Positions 1 to 9,269 of a stretch of 64,000 nucleotides of DNA are shown here, one piece after another. The translations under genes and the position numbers were made by a program. This DNA is from an uncultured Candidatus Saccharibacteria bacterium (lineage in GTDB: Bacteria > Patescibacteriota > Minisyncoccia > Phycocordibacterales > UBA9973): NCBI GenBank assembly GCA_964397435.1, contig CAYNHU010000006.1, forward strand, positions 344-64,343, given 5' to 3'. The notes under the pieces were generated by a model. That model was not told the DNA's origin. It did no database searches and saw only the letters and a list, made by a program, of their open reading frames with translations. The stretch's first letter is position 1, and the number at the start of each line of letters is the position of its first letter.

Positions 1-1722
1 AAGTTTGGTAATGGTGGTAATTCAAGTTCTAACGTTGGCTGTCCTCAGCACGCGGGTTGGAACGTGAATCCAGCAAACACTGCTTCTGGTTGTGATGTGC
101 AGCACATTGGTTTGTCAGGTACACCGATTGCTTCATATCAGATTGTTGGATGGGCTCGTGCATGTACTGCAGCAGCAAACCCAACAACTTGTACTGGTGA
201 TACAAACAATTTAGCTGGTGGTTGGGATGGTTGGATTTCAATGAGTGGTTTAAATGATCAGAATCCAACTGCTGCAGGTCTTCAAACAACAACAAGTTAC
301 AAGGCACAGCTTGCCCAGTACGTAAACCCGAACGGACATCAGCCAATCTCTGGATTTGTCTGGGGTGGAGATGTCGTTGGTTGGGCAAAGTTTTTTAATG
401 CATACGTTGATACAACAATTCAGCAAACAAATACTGCACACCTTACACTCACTGCAAACCCAACTTCTGTAACTGGCTCTGGTACTACAGCTCTTACTTA
501 TACAATTCCTGCTGCTGAAAAAGCATACTTTACTGGTCAGCCATGTACTGCGACATCAAGCCCTGCTGTTGGTTCTCCATGGGATGGTTCACGAACAAAC
601 TTCTCTGCATCATCAACTTCATTCTCAATTACAATTCCAAGTGTTTCTGTTCCTAGTAACCCAACTGTGTACACTATTAGTTGTCCAGTTAGTATCCAAG
701 GTTCAAACCAGACTGTTGCAACTGCATCAGTAACTGTTTCAAAAGATGCTCCGACTGTAACACTTACTATTCCAAATCATGATCTCTGTGTTGCGGGCTC
801 AATGAACGGTCTACAATCAACAACTGCATCATGGGTTGCATCAACTGGTTCATACTGTAAGTTGTTCCGTGATAATACTGCGGTTGGTGGACAGCTTCCA
901 CTCATTGGCTCATCAACTGTCGGTGCATTCAGTAGTCCAACATCAACAAACTATGTAACACCAGTTAGTAACGGTGATCAGCATGAATATGTAGTTCGAT
1001 GTTATGACGCTGGCAACACACTGGTTGCTGAAAGTAACAAAGAATATGTTGGTGTCGCTCCAGCAACATGGAATGGTCCAACCGCAAACGGCACACTTAA
1101 TTGTACTCAGCCAGATTGGGGAATCACTATGGCGAGTGGCGGTAGTCAGGTCATCTGTCAGGGTAATACACCAGTAAGTCTCACATGGGCTTCATGGGGT
1201 GTGGTGCCACAACAGTACACATACGCTAAACTGAAGCGAGCAACTTCACAAAACGGTACATACGGAACAGTGATTGGTTCATACGGTCTCGGAGATACAG
1301 AACCTTCAATCAGTTCAGCTGGTTGGTACAAAGTGTTCTACTATGATGTGAACGGTAACGAAGCTCCTATCACAAGTGCTGCAATGTACATCTCAAGTGT
1401 TTCAGGTACCACATGTCCTCAATTCTCTGGTCTCTCAAGTGCTGGTCCATACTGTCCAGCGGGATCAGTAAACACAGCCGCTATCTTGCCTAAGACATAT
1501 TCATGGTCTTCAGATGCAGCTAGTTGTACCTTAAATGGTGCAAGTGCTGGTGCTAATGGGTCATTTACACTTTCAAGTGTCCCAGCATCTCGTACACTTA
1601 GTTGTACATGGGCTGATGGTACTTCTGCGACAAGTAGTGCTTCATATGGTCCAATGCTCACAGCAACATCTACCTTCTGTGCAACTCCTCCAGGTGGACG
1701 ACCTGTGATTATCGAAAACTAA
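1..1722 (+). CDS. 5'-truncated secreted/surface protein, Thr/Ser/Gly-rich with scattered Cys; likely adhesin or cell-surface repeat protein
   Basis: Frame is open from nt 1, so the ORF continues upstream of the window. Low-complexity T/S/G/N-rich composition with paired Cys. Terminator immediately downstream. Confidence 0.45.
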   Translation, partial: KFGNGGNSSSNVGCPQHAGWNVNPANTASGCDVQHIGLSGTPIASYQIVGWARACTAAANPTTCTGDTNNLAGGWDGWISMSGLNDQNPTAAGLQTTTSYKAQLAQYVNPNGHQPISGFVWGGDVVGWAKFFNAYVDTTIQQTNTAHLTLTANPTSVTGSGTTALTYTIPAAEKAYFTGQPCTATSSPAVGSPWDGSRTNFSASSTSFSITIPSVSVPSNPTVYTISCPVSIQGSNQTVATASVTVSKDAPTVTLTIPNHDLCVAGSMNGLQSTTASWVASTGSYCKLFRDNTAVGGQLPLIGSSTVGAFSSPTSTNYVTPVSNGDQHEYVVRCYDAGNTLVAESNKEYVGVAPATWNGPTANGTLNCTQPDWGITMASGGSQVICQGNTPVSLTWASWGVVPQQYTYAKLKRATSQNGTYGTVIGSYGLGDTEPSISSAGWYKVFYYDVNGNEAPITSAAMYISSVSGTTCPQFSGLSSAGPYCPAGSVNTAAILPKTYSWSSDAASCTLNGASAGANGSFTLSSVPASRTLSCTWADGTSATSSASYGPMLTATSTFCATPPGGRPVIIEN

Positions 1723-1737
1723 GGATTTAGAAAAAAC

Positions 1738-1771
1738 TGCCCCGAGGCCAAAGGCCTCGGGGCAGTTTTTA
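1738..1771 (+). terminator. Rho-independent terminator
   Basis: ctgccccgaggcc-aaa-ggcctcggggcag stem followed by a T-run. Confidence 0.8.
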
Positions 1772-1790
1772 AGTATGCTACAATAGATAT

Positions 1791-2549
1791 ATGCAACAAA
1801 AAGTACTACTTATTGGTAACTGGAAAATGAATCCAGCAACAGAAAAAGAAGCAATTACACTTGCTCGCTATTACAAAGCACTGACGTATCCTAAAACAAT
1901 CGATGTTGGTTGTGCTGTACCGGTTCCGTATGTTGCCTCTGTTAAAAAAGTACTTGGTAAAAGTAAAATTACACTCGGACTTCAGAATGTGCATCCAGAA
2001 AAAAGCGGAGCATTTACGGGTGAGTATTCACTTGGTATGGTTGCTCACTTGAAACCAGCGTTTATTATTGTTGGACACTCGGAACGTCGCGCGCTTGGTG
2101 AAACAAATGCATTTGTTGGACAAAAAGTGGCCGCAACACTCAAGCAAAAACTCACACCAATCATGTGTATTGGCGAACGCGAGCGTGATCCAGAACATAG
2201 ATTCCTTCGTGTCGTCGCTGATCAGATTACTGAAGGTTTGGAAAATGTTCCACGCGCAGCGCTTGCTCGAATAGTAATTGCGTACGAACCGGTCTGGGCT
2301 ATTGGCAAAGACGCAGCACGCGAGATGACTCCTGAAGAATGCCGAGAGATGATTATTTACATCAAAAAAATTATCACCGATCGTTTTAGTATCACTGCAA
2401 AAGATATGCCGAAAATTCTCTACGGTGGTTCAGTGAGTGATGAAAATGCCCGCGCATATATTGAAGCCGGCGCAGATGGTCTCCTTATCGGACGAACTTC
2501 ACTTGAACCAAAACGAATGCAAAAATTAATTACTAAACTTACGCACTAA
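1791..2549 (+). CDS. tpiA: Triosephosphate isomerase
   Basis: LLIGNWKMN, IVGHSERR, IAYEPVWAIG and YGGSV motifs. Confidence 0.92.
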   Translation: MQQKVLLIGNWKMNPATEKEAITLARYYKALTYPKTIDVGCAVPVPYVASVKKVLGKSKITLGLQNVHPEKSGAFTGEYSLGMVAHLKPAFIIVGHSERRALGETNAFVGQKVAATLKQKLTPIMCIGERERDPEHRFLRVVADQITEGLENVPRAALARIVIAYEPVWAIGKDAAREMTPEECREMIIYIKKIITDRFSITAKDMPKILYGGSVSDENARAYIEAGADGLLIGRTSLEPKRMQKLITKLTH

Positions 2550-2555
2550 TTTGAT

Positions 2556-3665
2556 ATGAAACTTCTCACTAAAGCCCCAATTAAAAAAGGTACTCGTGTA
2601 TTGTTACGCGCAGATTTTAATGTACCGATTGAAAACAACGTCGTACTCGATGCATTTCGTATTACAAAAACATACAAAACGATTGACTACATTCTCAAGA
2701 AGAAAGCGAAACTCATCATTGTTTCTCATGCGGGAGAGGGAACACAATCACTTGAACCTGTTGCAAAAATTATTGCAAAGCATGCGCCGATTACATTTGT
2801 TCCGGCACTCTCTGGTGCGATGATAGACCAAGCATTGCTTAATCAAAAAGAAGGTTCAATTGTGTTGTTAGAAAATCTCCGCACTGAAGCAGGGGAAAAG
2901 AGCAACGATATAGGGTTTGCAAAAATGCTTGCGGCGTACGCTGATATATATGTAAATGACGCATTTCCCGTCTCACATCGCGCGCACGCATCTCTGGTTG
3001 GTGTGCCAAAATATCTACCAAGTTACAGTGGCTTTCAGTTGGAAGCAGAAATTGATCATCTCTCAATCGCTGAAAACCCCAAACATCCGTTCTTGTTTAT
3101 CCTCGGTGGAAACAAGTTTTCTACAAAAATGCCGCTTATCAAAAAGTTTGCAAAGTCAGCCGATTATATCTTCATTGGTGGCGCGCTCCTCAATGATTTG
3201 CTTCGAGCAAAAGGATATGAAATTGGAAAGTCTGTCTACGAAGATGGCTATGATGTCACTGCACTTTTGAAAAACAAAAAAATAATTGTGCCGATTGATT
3301 TGGTTGTTGCTCGCGGAAAAACATCTCGTGTCTGTGCACCGTATGAAGTGGCAAGTGATGAAGCAATCATGGATATTGGTCCAGAAACTATCAAGTATCT
3401 CGTGTCTCTTGCGAAGATTGCAAAATGTACGCTTTGGAATGGTCCGATTGGCTATTATGAAAAAGGATTTGATGCTGGTTCAAAAATGTTACTGAAAGGT
3501 TTGGCGGCGTCAAAAGGCGCAACTATTATCGGTGGTGGTGACACAGTTGAGTTGGTTAATAATTTGAAAATGGAAAAAAAGTTTACGTTTGTTTCAACTG
3601 GTGGTGGTGCGACGTTACAATATCTTGCAACGGGAACATTACCGGGAATCAAAGCGTTACGATAA
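2556..3665 (+). CDS. pgk: Phosphoglycerate kinase
   Basis: N-terminal RADFNVP motif and C-terminal GGGD...STGGGA motifs. Confidence 0.9.
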   Translation: MKLLTKAPIKKGTRVLLRADFNVPIENNVVLDAFRITKTYKTIDYILKKKAKLIIVSHAGEGTQSLEPVAKIIAKHAPITFVPALSGAMIDQALLNQKEGSIVLLENLRTEAGEKSNDIGFAKMLAAYADIYVNDAFPVSHRAHASLVGVPKYLPSYSGFQLEAEIDHLSIAENPKHPFLFILGGNKFSTKMPLIKKFAKSADYIFIGGALLNDLLRAKGYEIGKSVYEDGYDVTALLKNKKIIVPIDLVVARGKTSRVCAPYEVASDEAIMDIGPETIKYLVSLAKIAKCTLWNGPIGYYEKGFDAGSKMLLKGLAASKGATIIGGGDTVELVNNLKMEKKFTFVSTGGGATLQYLATGTLPGIKALR

Positions 3666-3711
3666 AAATCAGCCGAGCAGAGGATACTGCTCGGCTGATT
3701 TTGTTTTTAAA
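3666..3711. terminator. Bidirectional terminator hairpin between pgk (+) and HIT gene (-)
   Basis: atcagccgagcag...ctgctcggctgat stem flanked by an A-run and a T-run. Confidence 0.75.
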
Positions 3712-4083
3712 TTATTCTACTGAGAGAGCGTCTCGGATTTTTTCTGTGATGAGTTCGAAGTCTTTTTCATCACGTTCATGAGGTAGGTCTGGCCACACCC
3801 AAATGTGTGCATGGAATATTTGTTCACCAAAAACTTGAGAGCGAATGAGATCGTGGCGGAAGACTTTTTGTTGTGCTTTTGCGATACGTCGTGCTACTTC
3901 AAAGTACGCACCAACGTTAGGGACATCCCAGACAAAGCGATAGTGCTCCTTTGGAATAACCTGTACATGACCGGCAGCAAGAGGGTGAATATCTAGAAAT
4001 GCTATGAAATGGGTATCTTCATAGACAATATATGCGGGTACCTCTCGGCGGACTATTCTGCAAAAAATACATTCATCATTCAT
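3712..4083 (-). CDS. HIT-family (histidine triad) nucleotide hydrolase
   Basis: CIFCRI N-terminus and the HxHxHxx triad (HAHIWVW). Confidence 0.8.
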   Translation of the reverse strand: MNDECIFCRIVRREVPAYIVYEDTHFIAFLDIHPLAAGHVQVIPKEHYRFVWDVPNVGAYFEVARRIAKAQQKVFRHDLIRSQVFGEQIFHAHIWVWPDLPHERDEKDFELITEKIRDALSVE

Positions 4084-4102
4084 ATGCTAAGTATATGGTA
4101 GA

Positions 4103-5761
4103 ATGCTCTCTATGCAAAGTACTGATCTTCTTAAACGACTTCTTGACCGAAGGGGTATTCCTCCGGATGAGCGACAGGCCTTTTTATATCCTTCCTACGA
4201 TGAACACCTCCATAACCCATTTCTAATGAATGGCATGCAGGAATCTGTTGATCGTATTCTACGAGCTATTGAAAACAATGAATCAATTGTGGTGTATTCC
4301 GACTATGACGCTGATGGTATTCCGGGTGGCGTGATCCTCCATGATTTTTTCAAGAAAATTGGTTACCAACATTTTACAAACTACATACCACACCGCCACG
4401 AAGAGGGATATGGCCTCCATATGGATGCAGTAGAACAATTTGTGGCTGATGGAGTACGACTTATCATTACTATCGACCTCGGTATTACTGCTGTCAAAGA
4501 AGTTGCTTATGCGCAAGAACATGGTGTTGATGTCATTGTGACTGATCACCACTTGCCGCAAGCTGAACTTCCAAACGCGTATGCAATTTTGAATCCTAAA
4601 AAACCAGGAGACACGTATCCGTTCAAAGAATTATGCGGTGCAGGTGTAGCGTTTAAATTAGTTCAAGCACTGGTTTCAAAAACACCATCACTTGCTGGTA
4701 CTGGCTGGGAGAAGTGGTTACTTGATATGGCTGGATTGGCAACAATGTCAGACATGGTTCCGCTTGTTGATGAAAACAGGGTGCTCGCTTTCTATGGATT
4801 GAAAGTATTACAGAAAACTCGTCGCCCAGGATTGCGACAGCTTTTCAAAAAAATGAAACTCGATCTCGAGCATCTTACTGAAGACGATATTACGTTTATG
4901 CTCACACCACGCCTGAATGCGGCTTCACGTATGGATTCACCGCAGCATGCATTTGACGTATTAGCGGAAGAAGATCCTGTTCGCGCGAGTGCGACAGCTG
5001 ATCATTTGATTAAAATTAATGATCTTCGAAAAACAACAGTTGCGACTATCATGAAAGATGTGCACAAGAAACTTGAGAAACGTGAAGATCGTAATGTTAT
5101 CGTGATTGGTCATCCAGACTGGCGTGTCGGTGTGCTTGGATTGGTTGCTTCAAAAATTACTGAAACATATGGCAAGCCAAGTTTTGTGTGGGGTAAAGCT
5201 GGTGCCGAAGAACTCGGTTTGATCAAAGGTTCATGTCGTTCACCTGGTTCTGTAAACGTTGTTGATTTAATGACAGAAGCTCGGGATGCGTTTCATTCAT
5301 TTGGAGGCCATGAGCTTGCTGGTGGATTTGTTGTTACTAATGATCAGGTACACTTTTTGGAAGAAGCACTCGATACTGCATTTGCAGCTGTAAAACGTGA
5401 ACATGATGTGGCTACAGCACGTGTGCACGACCAGCTTTTACTTCTTCAGGATGTCGTTCGTAAAACGTATGACACAGTGGCGTCACTTGCGCCGTTTGGT
5501 TTGAGTAATGAGAAACCAGTTTTCTTGTTTCAAGAAGTAATTGTCTATGGAGTGAAACATTTTGGTAAAGAAAAAGAACATCTTGAAGTCATTGTTTCGG
5601 ACGGGGAGCGACGAGTAAAGGCAATAGCATTTTTCAAGACCAGTGCCGATTTTCCGGTTATCCTTGAGGAAGGTAAACCAATCAATCTCTATGGAACCCT
5701 TGAAATGTCATACTTTTTGGGTCGCTCGGAGCTTCGTTTACGAATTATTGATATACTGTAG
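4103..5761 (+). CDS. recJ: Single-stranded-DNA-specific exonuclease RecJ (DHH/DHHA1)
   Basis: DYDADGI and VTDHH motifs; length typical of RecJ. Confidence 0.85.
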   Translation: MLSMQSTDLLKRLLDRRGIPPDERQAFLYPSYDEHLHNPFLMNGMQESVDRILRAIENNESIVVYSDYDADGIPGGVILHDFFKKIGYQHFTNYIPHRHEEGYGLHMDAVEQFVADGVRLIITIDLGITAVKEVAYAQEHGVDVIVTDHHLPQAELPNAYAILNPKKPGDTYPFKELCGAGVAFKLVQALVSKTPSLAGTGWEKWLLDMAGLATMSDMVPLVDENRVLAFYGLKVLQKTRRPGLRQLFKKMKLDLEHLTEDDITFMLTPRLNAASRMDSPQHAFDVLAEEDPVRASATADHLIKINDLRKTTVATIMKDVHKKLEKREDRNVIVIGHPDWRVGVLGLVASKITETYGKPSFVWGKAGAEELGLIKGSCRSPGSVNVVDLMTEARDAFHSFGGHELAGGFVVTNDQVHFLEEALDTAFAAVKREHDVATARVHDQLLLLQDVVRKTYDTVASLAPFGLSNEKPVFLFQEVIVYGVKHFGKEKEHLEVIVSDGERRVKAIAFFKTSADFPVILEEGKPINLYGTLEMSYFLGRSELRLRIIDIL

Positions 5762-6501
5762 TGTATATGAACGAATTAGTTACAGTTTTTACTGATGGTG
5801 CGTCTCGAGGGAATCCTGGTCCTGGTGGATGGGGTGCTATTGTTATTGCTCAGCCTGAGTTTGGTGCTCCCGGTAAAGTATTTGAGCTTGGTGGACGAGA
5901 AGATCATACAACAAACAATCGCATGGAAATGACTGCTGCTCTGTCTGCGCTTGAGTCAATCAAAGAACGTGAACTTGCTGGCGTAATTACGATCCACACT
6001 GATTCTGCATATTTGTTGAATGGTATCACTGCATGGGTGTTTGGTTGGGAAAAAAATAATTGGAAAACAAAAGAAGGTGAACCGGTACTCAATCAAGATT
6101 TGTGGCAGGCACTCGTGCAGATTGTTCGAGTACTTAAATTAAAGCACGAGATTAACTGGAAAAAAGTTGATGGACACCGTGGCCTCGTTGGTAATGAGCG
6201 CGTTGATGCGATTGCGACACACTATGCAGATAAAGAATCAATCTTGTTGTTTACTGGTGCGCTTGATGCATACAAAGCGTTGATTGGGGGAGATGTATTT
6301 GCGCAAGGTGAAGTGCATGTTAAAAAACGTAGTTCATCAGCAAAAGCATATTCATATGTTTCGTTCGTAGATGGTGTGATTGCAACTGATGCGACATGGG
6401 CGGCATGTGAAAAGCGAGTTAAAGGTAAAAAGGGAGCGCGTTTCAAAAAAGCAGTAAGTCAGGAAGACGAAGCGGCGATCATCAAAGAGTTTAAGAAATA
6501 A
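5761..6501 (+). CDS. rnhA: Ribonuclease HI with a C-terminal hybrid-binding-domain-like extension
   Basis: TDGASRGNPGPGGWG RNase H fold start. The C-terminal ~90 aa (VSFVDGVIATDATWAACEKRVKGKKGARFKKAVSQEDEAAIIKEF) resemble an HBD/caulimovirus-viroplasmin-type domain. Confidence 0.8.
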   Translation: MYMNELVTVFTDGASRGNPGPGGWGAIVIAQPEFGAPGKVFELGGREDHTTNNRMEMTAALSALESIKERELAGVITIHTDSAYLLNGITAWVFGWEKNNWKTKEGEPVLNQDLWQALVQIVRVLKLKHEINWKKVDGHRGLVGNERVDAIATHYADKESILLFTGALDAYKALIGGDVFAQGEVHVKKRSSSAKAYSYVSFVDGVIATDATWAACEKRVKGKKGARFKKAVSQEDEAAIIKEFKK

Positions 6502-6515
6502 TTTAGATTTTATTT

Positions 6516-6554
6516 AATCCGGTCGGGCATGATTGCATCATGCCCGACCGGATT
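6516..6554. terminator. Perfect 18-bp-arm hairpin (terminator of rnhA) overlapping the annotated comEC start
   Basis: aatccggtcgggcatgat-tgc-atcatgcccgaccggatt, followed by ttaatt. Confidence 0.7.
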
Positions 6555-7997
6555 TTAATTGTAGCTACGCTTGGATTTTTGTCAGGAGTTGTCTTTGCCT
6601 ACGCCAGTGGTGTTGGTGCTTTGTTTGCGTTGCCGTTACTCGTTGGAATTGTGTGGTTTTCACGATTACATGTTATTTCTTTCACTCTACGGCAAGCATG
6701 CGTGAGTGTTGCGATTTTTCTAGTGTGTTTTTCTGGTGGTGCGATTCGTTTTATTATTTCAAATGACGAGCCGCCCGATAGTTTTGAATCGCGTGTCGGG
6801 GAGAGTATGACGGTTAGTGGAGTGGTTACTAATGATCCAGATCAGGGCGACGGCGTAGCCGTCGCCCTGATCTACACTTCCGGTATTGGTATTCGTATTA
6901 AAATCCAACATGCACCATCACTTAGGTACGGGGACACTATAATTGTGCAAGGTACATTGGCACATCCAGAAAATTTTGAGACAGAACAAGGTACTGAATT
7001 CGATTATATTTCATATTTGAGAAAAGACCGCATTTTTTATCTCTTACAAAACGTACGATTACTTGAATACACTCATGAAACTAACGTTTCACTCCACCGC
7101 ATATTGTACTCGTTCCGACACATGGTCGAACGCATTATTTTTGCCATTGTTCCTGAACAAGCAGCGGGACTCATTGCTGGTATTTTACTTGGAACTAAAA
7201 CAAACATTCCCGAAGATTTGTATGAAGCACTCGTGCGAACAAGTACGGTACATATTGTCGCACTTTCTGGGTACAACGTTTCGATTGTTGCAGAGACTAT
7301 TACGAATTTTTTCAAAACATTTTTACGACCAGCGTATGCTTCGGTATTTGGTGGTTTGGGGATTGTGTTATTTGTGATTATGACCGGCGCGTCTTCAACA
7401 GCTGTACGCGCCGGTCTGATGGCTATTTTAGTTATCATCGCTCGTTCACTTGGAAGACCAGCACAAGCACTTCGCGTGATGGCAATTGCTGCAAATGTGC
7501 TAGTACTCTACAACCCGTGGTATCTTGTTGCGGATGCTTCGTTTCAGTTGTCGTTTCTCGCAACGCTGGGGCTTGTGCTTGTTTCACCGATATATGTTTC
7601 ACGTCTTTCAAACTATATGCCACCGTTGTTTGCGGAAGCACTTGGCACAACACTTGCTGCAGAGACTGCAGTTGCACCATTTATTTTGTATAACATGGGT
7701 GTGTTTTCTGTTGTTGCGTTGCCGGTAAACATTCTCATTATTCCGCTTGTACCCATGATTATGTTGAGTGGTTTCATTGGTATTCTGATTGGAGCATTTT
7801 CCGCATCGCTTGGAATCATTGTTGGATATCCAGCGGCACTACTCACGTCATTGCTCGTTTGGATTATAGAAAACGCTTCTTCTTTTTCCTTTGCGTCAGT
7901 ATTGTTACCCAATGTTTCACTTGTGCTTACGATGATTTGTTACACGATGATCACGTGGTATTCCGTTTCATATTTTTTGACAAAACAGGATAATTAG
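6540..7997 (+). CDS. comEC: ComEC/Rec2 competence membrane channel (DUF4131 + competence domain only, no MBL domain)
   Basis: Polytopic membrane protein with the TSTVHIVALSGYNVSIV competence-domain motif. The start codon sits inside the upstream hairpin, so the true start may lie downstream. Confidence 0.72.
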   Translation: MPDRILIVATLGFLSGVVFAYASGVGALFALPLLVGIVWFSRLHVISFTLRQACVSVAIFLVCFSGGAIRFIISNDEPPDSFESRVGESMTVSGVVTNDPDQGDGVAVALIYTSGIGIRIKIQHAPSLRYGDTIIVQGTLAHPENFETEQGTEFDYISYLRKDRIFYLLQNVRLLEYTHETNVSLHRILYSFRHMVERIIFAIVPEQAAGLIAGILLGTKTNIPEDLYEALVRTSTVHIVALSGYNVSIVAETITNFFKTFLRPAYASVFGGLGIVLFVIMTGASSTAVRAGLMAILVIIARSLGRPAQALRVMAIAANVLVLYNPWYLVADASFQLSFLATLGLVLVSPIYVSRLSNYMPPLFAEALGTTLAAETAVAPFILYNMGVFSVVALPVNILIIPLVPMIMLSGFIGILIGAFSASLGIIVGYPAALLTSLLVWIIENASSFSFASVLLPNVSLVLTMICYTMITWYSVSYFLTKQDN

Positions 7998-8027
7998 TGC
8001 ACTATCAAATACAAATAGTACATCACC

Positions 8028-8570
8028 ATGAAGAAAAAAATTATTTGCTTTACCAATAGCGTACCGTTTGCGCATGGTTTAAAACGTCTCGCAGAGCTAC
8101 GACTCGCTGAACAAAAAATACAAACACACACAGCATTGTTTTTTATTGCAGACCCTACGTTGTTTTTTGAAGAGTTGCAAGCAACAGAAGTTACTACACA
8201 ACTTATTGTATTTGTTGGTTCTACATCGCCCAGTAGTGGAATCTCTGATAAGGATTTTGTTGTAAAGATTCATCAGGAAAAACCAGATGCACTTATTGTA
8301 TGGTATTCGATGATAGATCCACCCGCTACAGACAAAGTTACTTTTTTTATAAGCAAGCAAGCTCCGCTGAGTACCGATGAATTAAATACCATGGTGCAGC
8401 TTCAAAAAAGTGATTCTCGCTATCAACCAATTGAGTGGGAAGTATTGCAACAAATTCCGTTTGTAGATTTATTGTTAAATTTACTTCCGTTGCAGGACAT
8501 TAATCATATTCGTAAAGAAATTGGTACGTACTCGCACCGCACATTGTCGTTTATGACAGAAAAAATCTAA
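8028..8570 (+). CDS. Hypothetical protein
   Basis: ORF with a terminator downstream; no motif recognised. Confidence 0.4.
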   Translation: MKKKIICFTNSVPFAHGLKRLAELRLAEQKIQTHTALFFIADPTLFFEELQATEVTTQLIVFVGSTSPSSGISDKDFVVKIHQEKPDALIVWYSMIDPPATDKVTFFISKQAPLSTDELNTMVQLQKSDSRYQPIEWEVLQQIPFVDLLLNLLPLQDINHIRKEIGTYSHRTLSFMTEKI

Positions 8571-8592
8571 TACGGCTTAACAAATAGTAGTT

Positions 8593-8630
8593 AAAGCGCC
8601 GATACACTCTGTGTACCGGCGCCTTTTTTA
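8593..8630. terminator. Bidirectional terminator
   Basis: gcgccg...cggcgc stem followed by tttttt, between convergent genes. Confidence 0.7.
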
Positions 8631-9224
8631 TCCGCGTGCTTGTTTGAAATTTTCTTCGATTACATTCCAATTAAGATTTTGGAAAAATGCTTCAACATAT
8701 TTTTTCTTTTCCCCTGGTGTGTAATCCATAAGGTATGAATGTTCCCACATGTCGAGCATTAATACTGGACGAATACCTGTAAGCTGTCCGAGGTGTTGCT
8801 CGTCAACCCAACTGTGTGTGAGCTGTTGCGCTACTGGATCCCATGCGAGGATTGCCCAACCAATACCGCGTGTTAGTGCGAGTGCTTTGAAACCAGCAAG
8901 CCACATATCAAACGAAGGGGCTTGCGCCTCAATTGTTTTTTTAAGTTCAGAAGATTCTCCAAGCGCTGCCGGTCCGCCTTCAAATGCGTGAAAATAATAT
9001 TCATGATTACGCATGCCACAAAATTCAAATGCAAAGCGTCGCTGAAGTTCTCCGATAACGTATGCATTTTTTTCTGAGTCAGCCATGTATTCGCCAATTT
9101 TTTCTAAAATGAGATTGGCATTTTTAACATATCCTTCATAGAGTTTGACATGCTCTTCGATTGTTTTTTGTGAAATCCCGTTTAGGGCAGGGATGGTGAA
9201 TGTGTGTGGTGTGTACGGTTTCAT
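8628..9224 (-). CDS. sodA: Fe/Mn-family superoxide dismutase
   Basis: DMWEHSY signature and alpha/beta SOD layout. Start placed at the MKPYTPH Met (coordinate 9224), because the longer ORF extension to 9374 has no SOD similarity. Confidence 0.85.
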   Translation of the reverse strand: MKPYTPHTFTIPALNGISQKTIEEHVKLYEGYVKNANLILEKIGEYMADSEKNAYVIGELQRRFAFEFCGMRNHEYYFHAFEGGPAALGESSELKKTIEAQAPSFDMWLAGFKALALTRGIGWAILAWDPVAQQLTHSWVDEQHLGQLTGIRPVLMLDMWEHSYLMDYTPGEKKKYVEAFFQNLNWNVIEENFKQARG

Positions 9225-9269
9225 AGTTTTTTTATATTTTATTAAATATACTTCTAGTATACTCATTGT

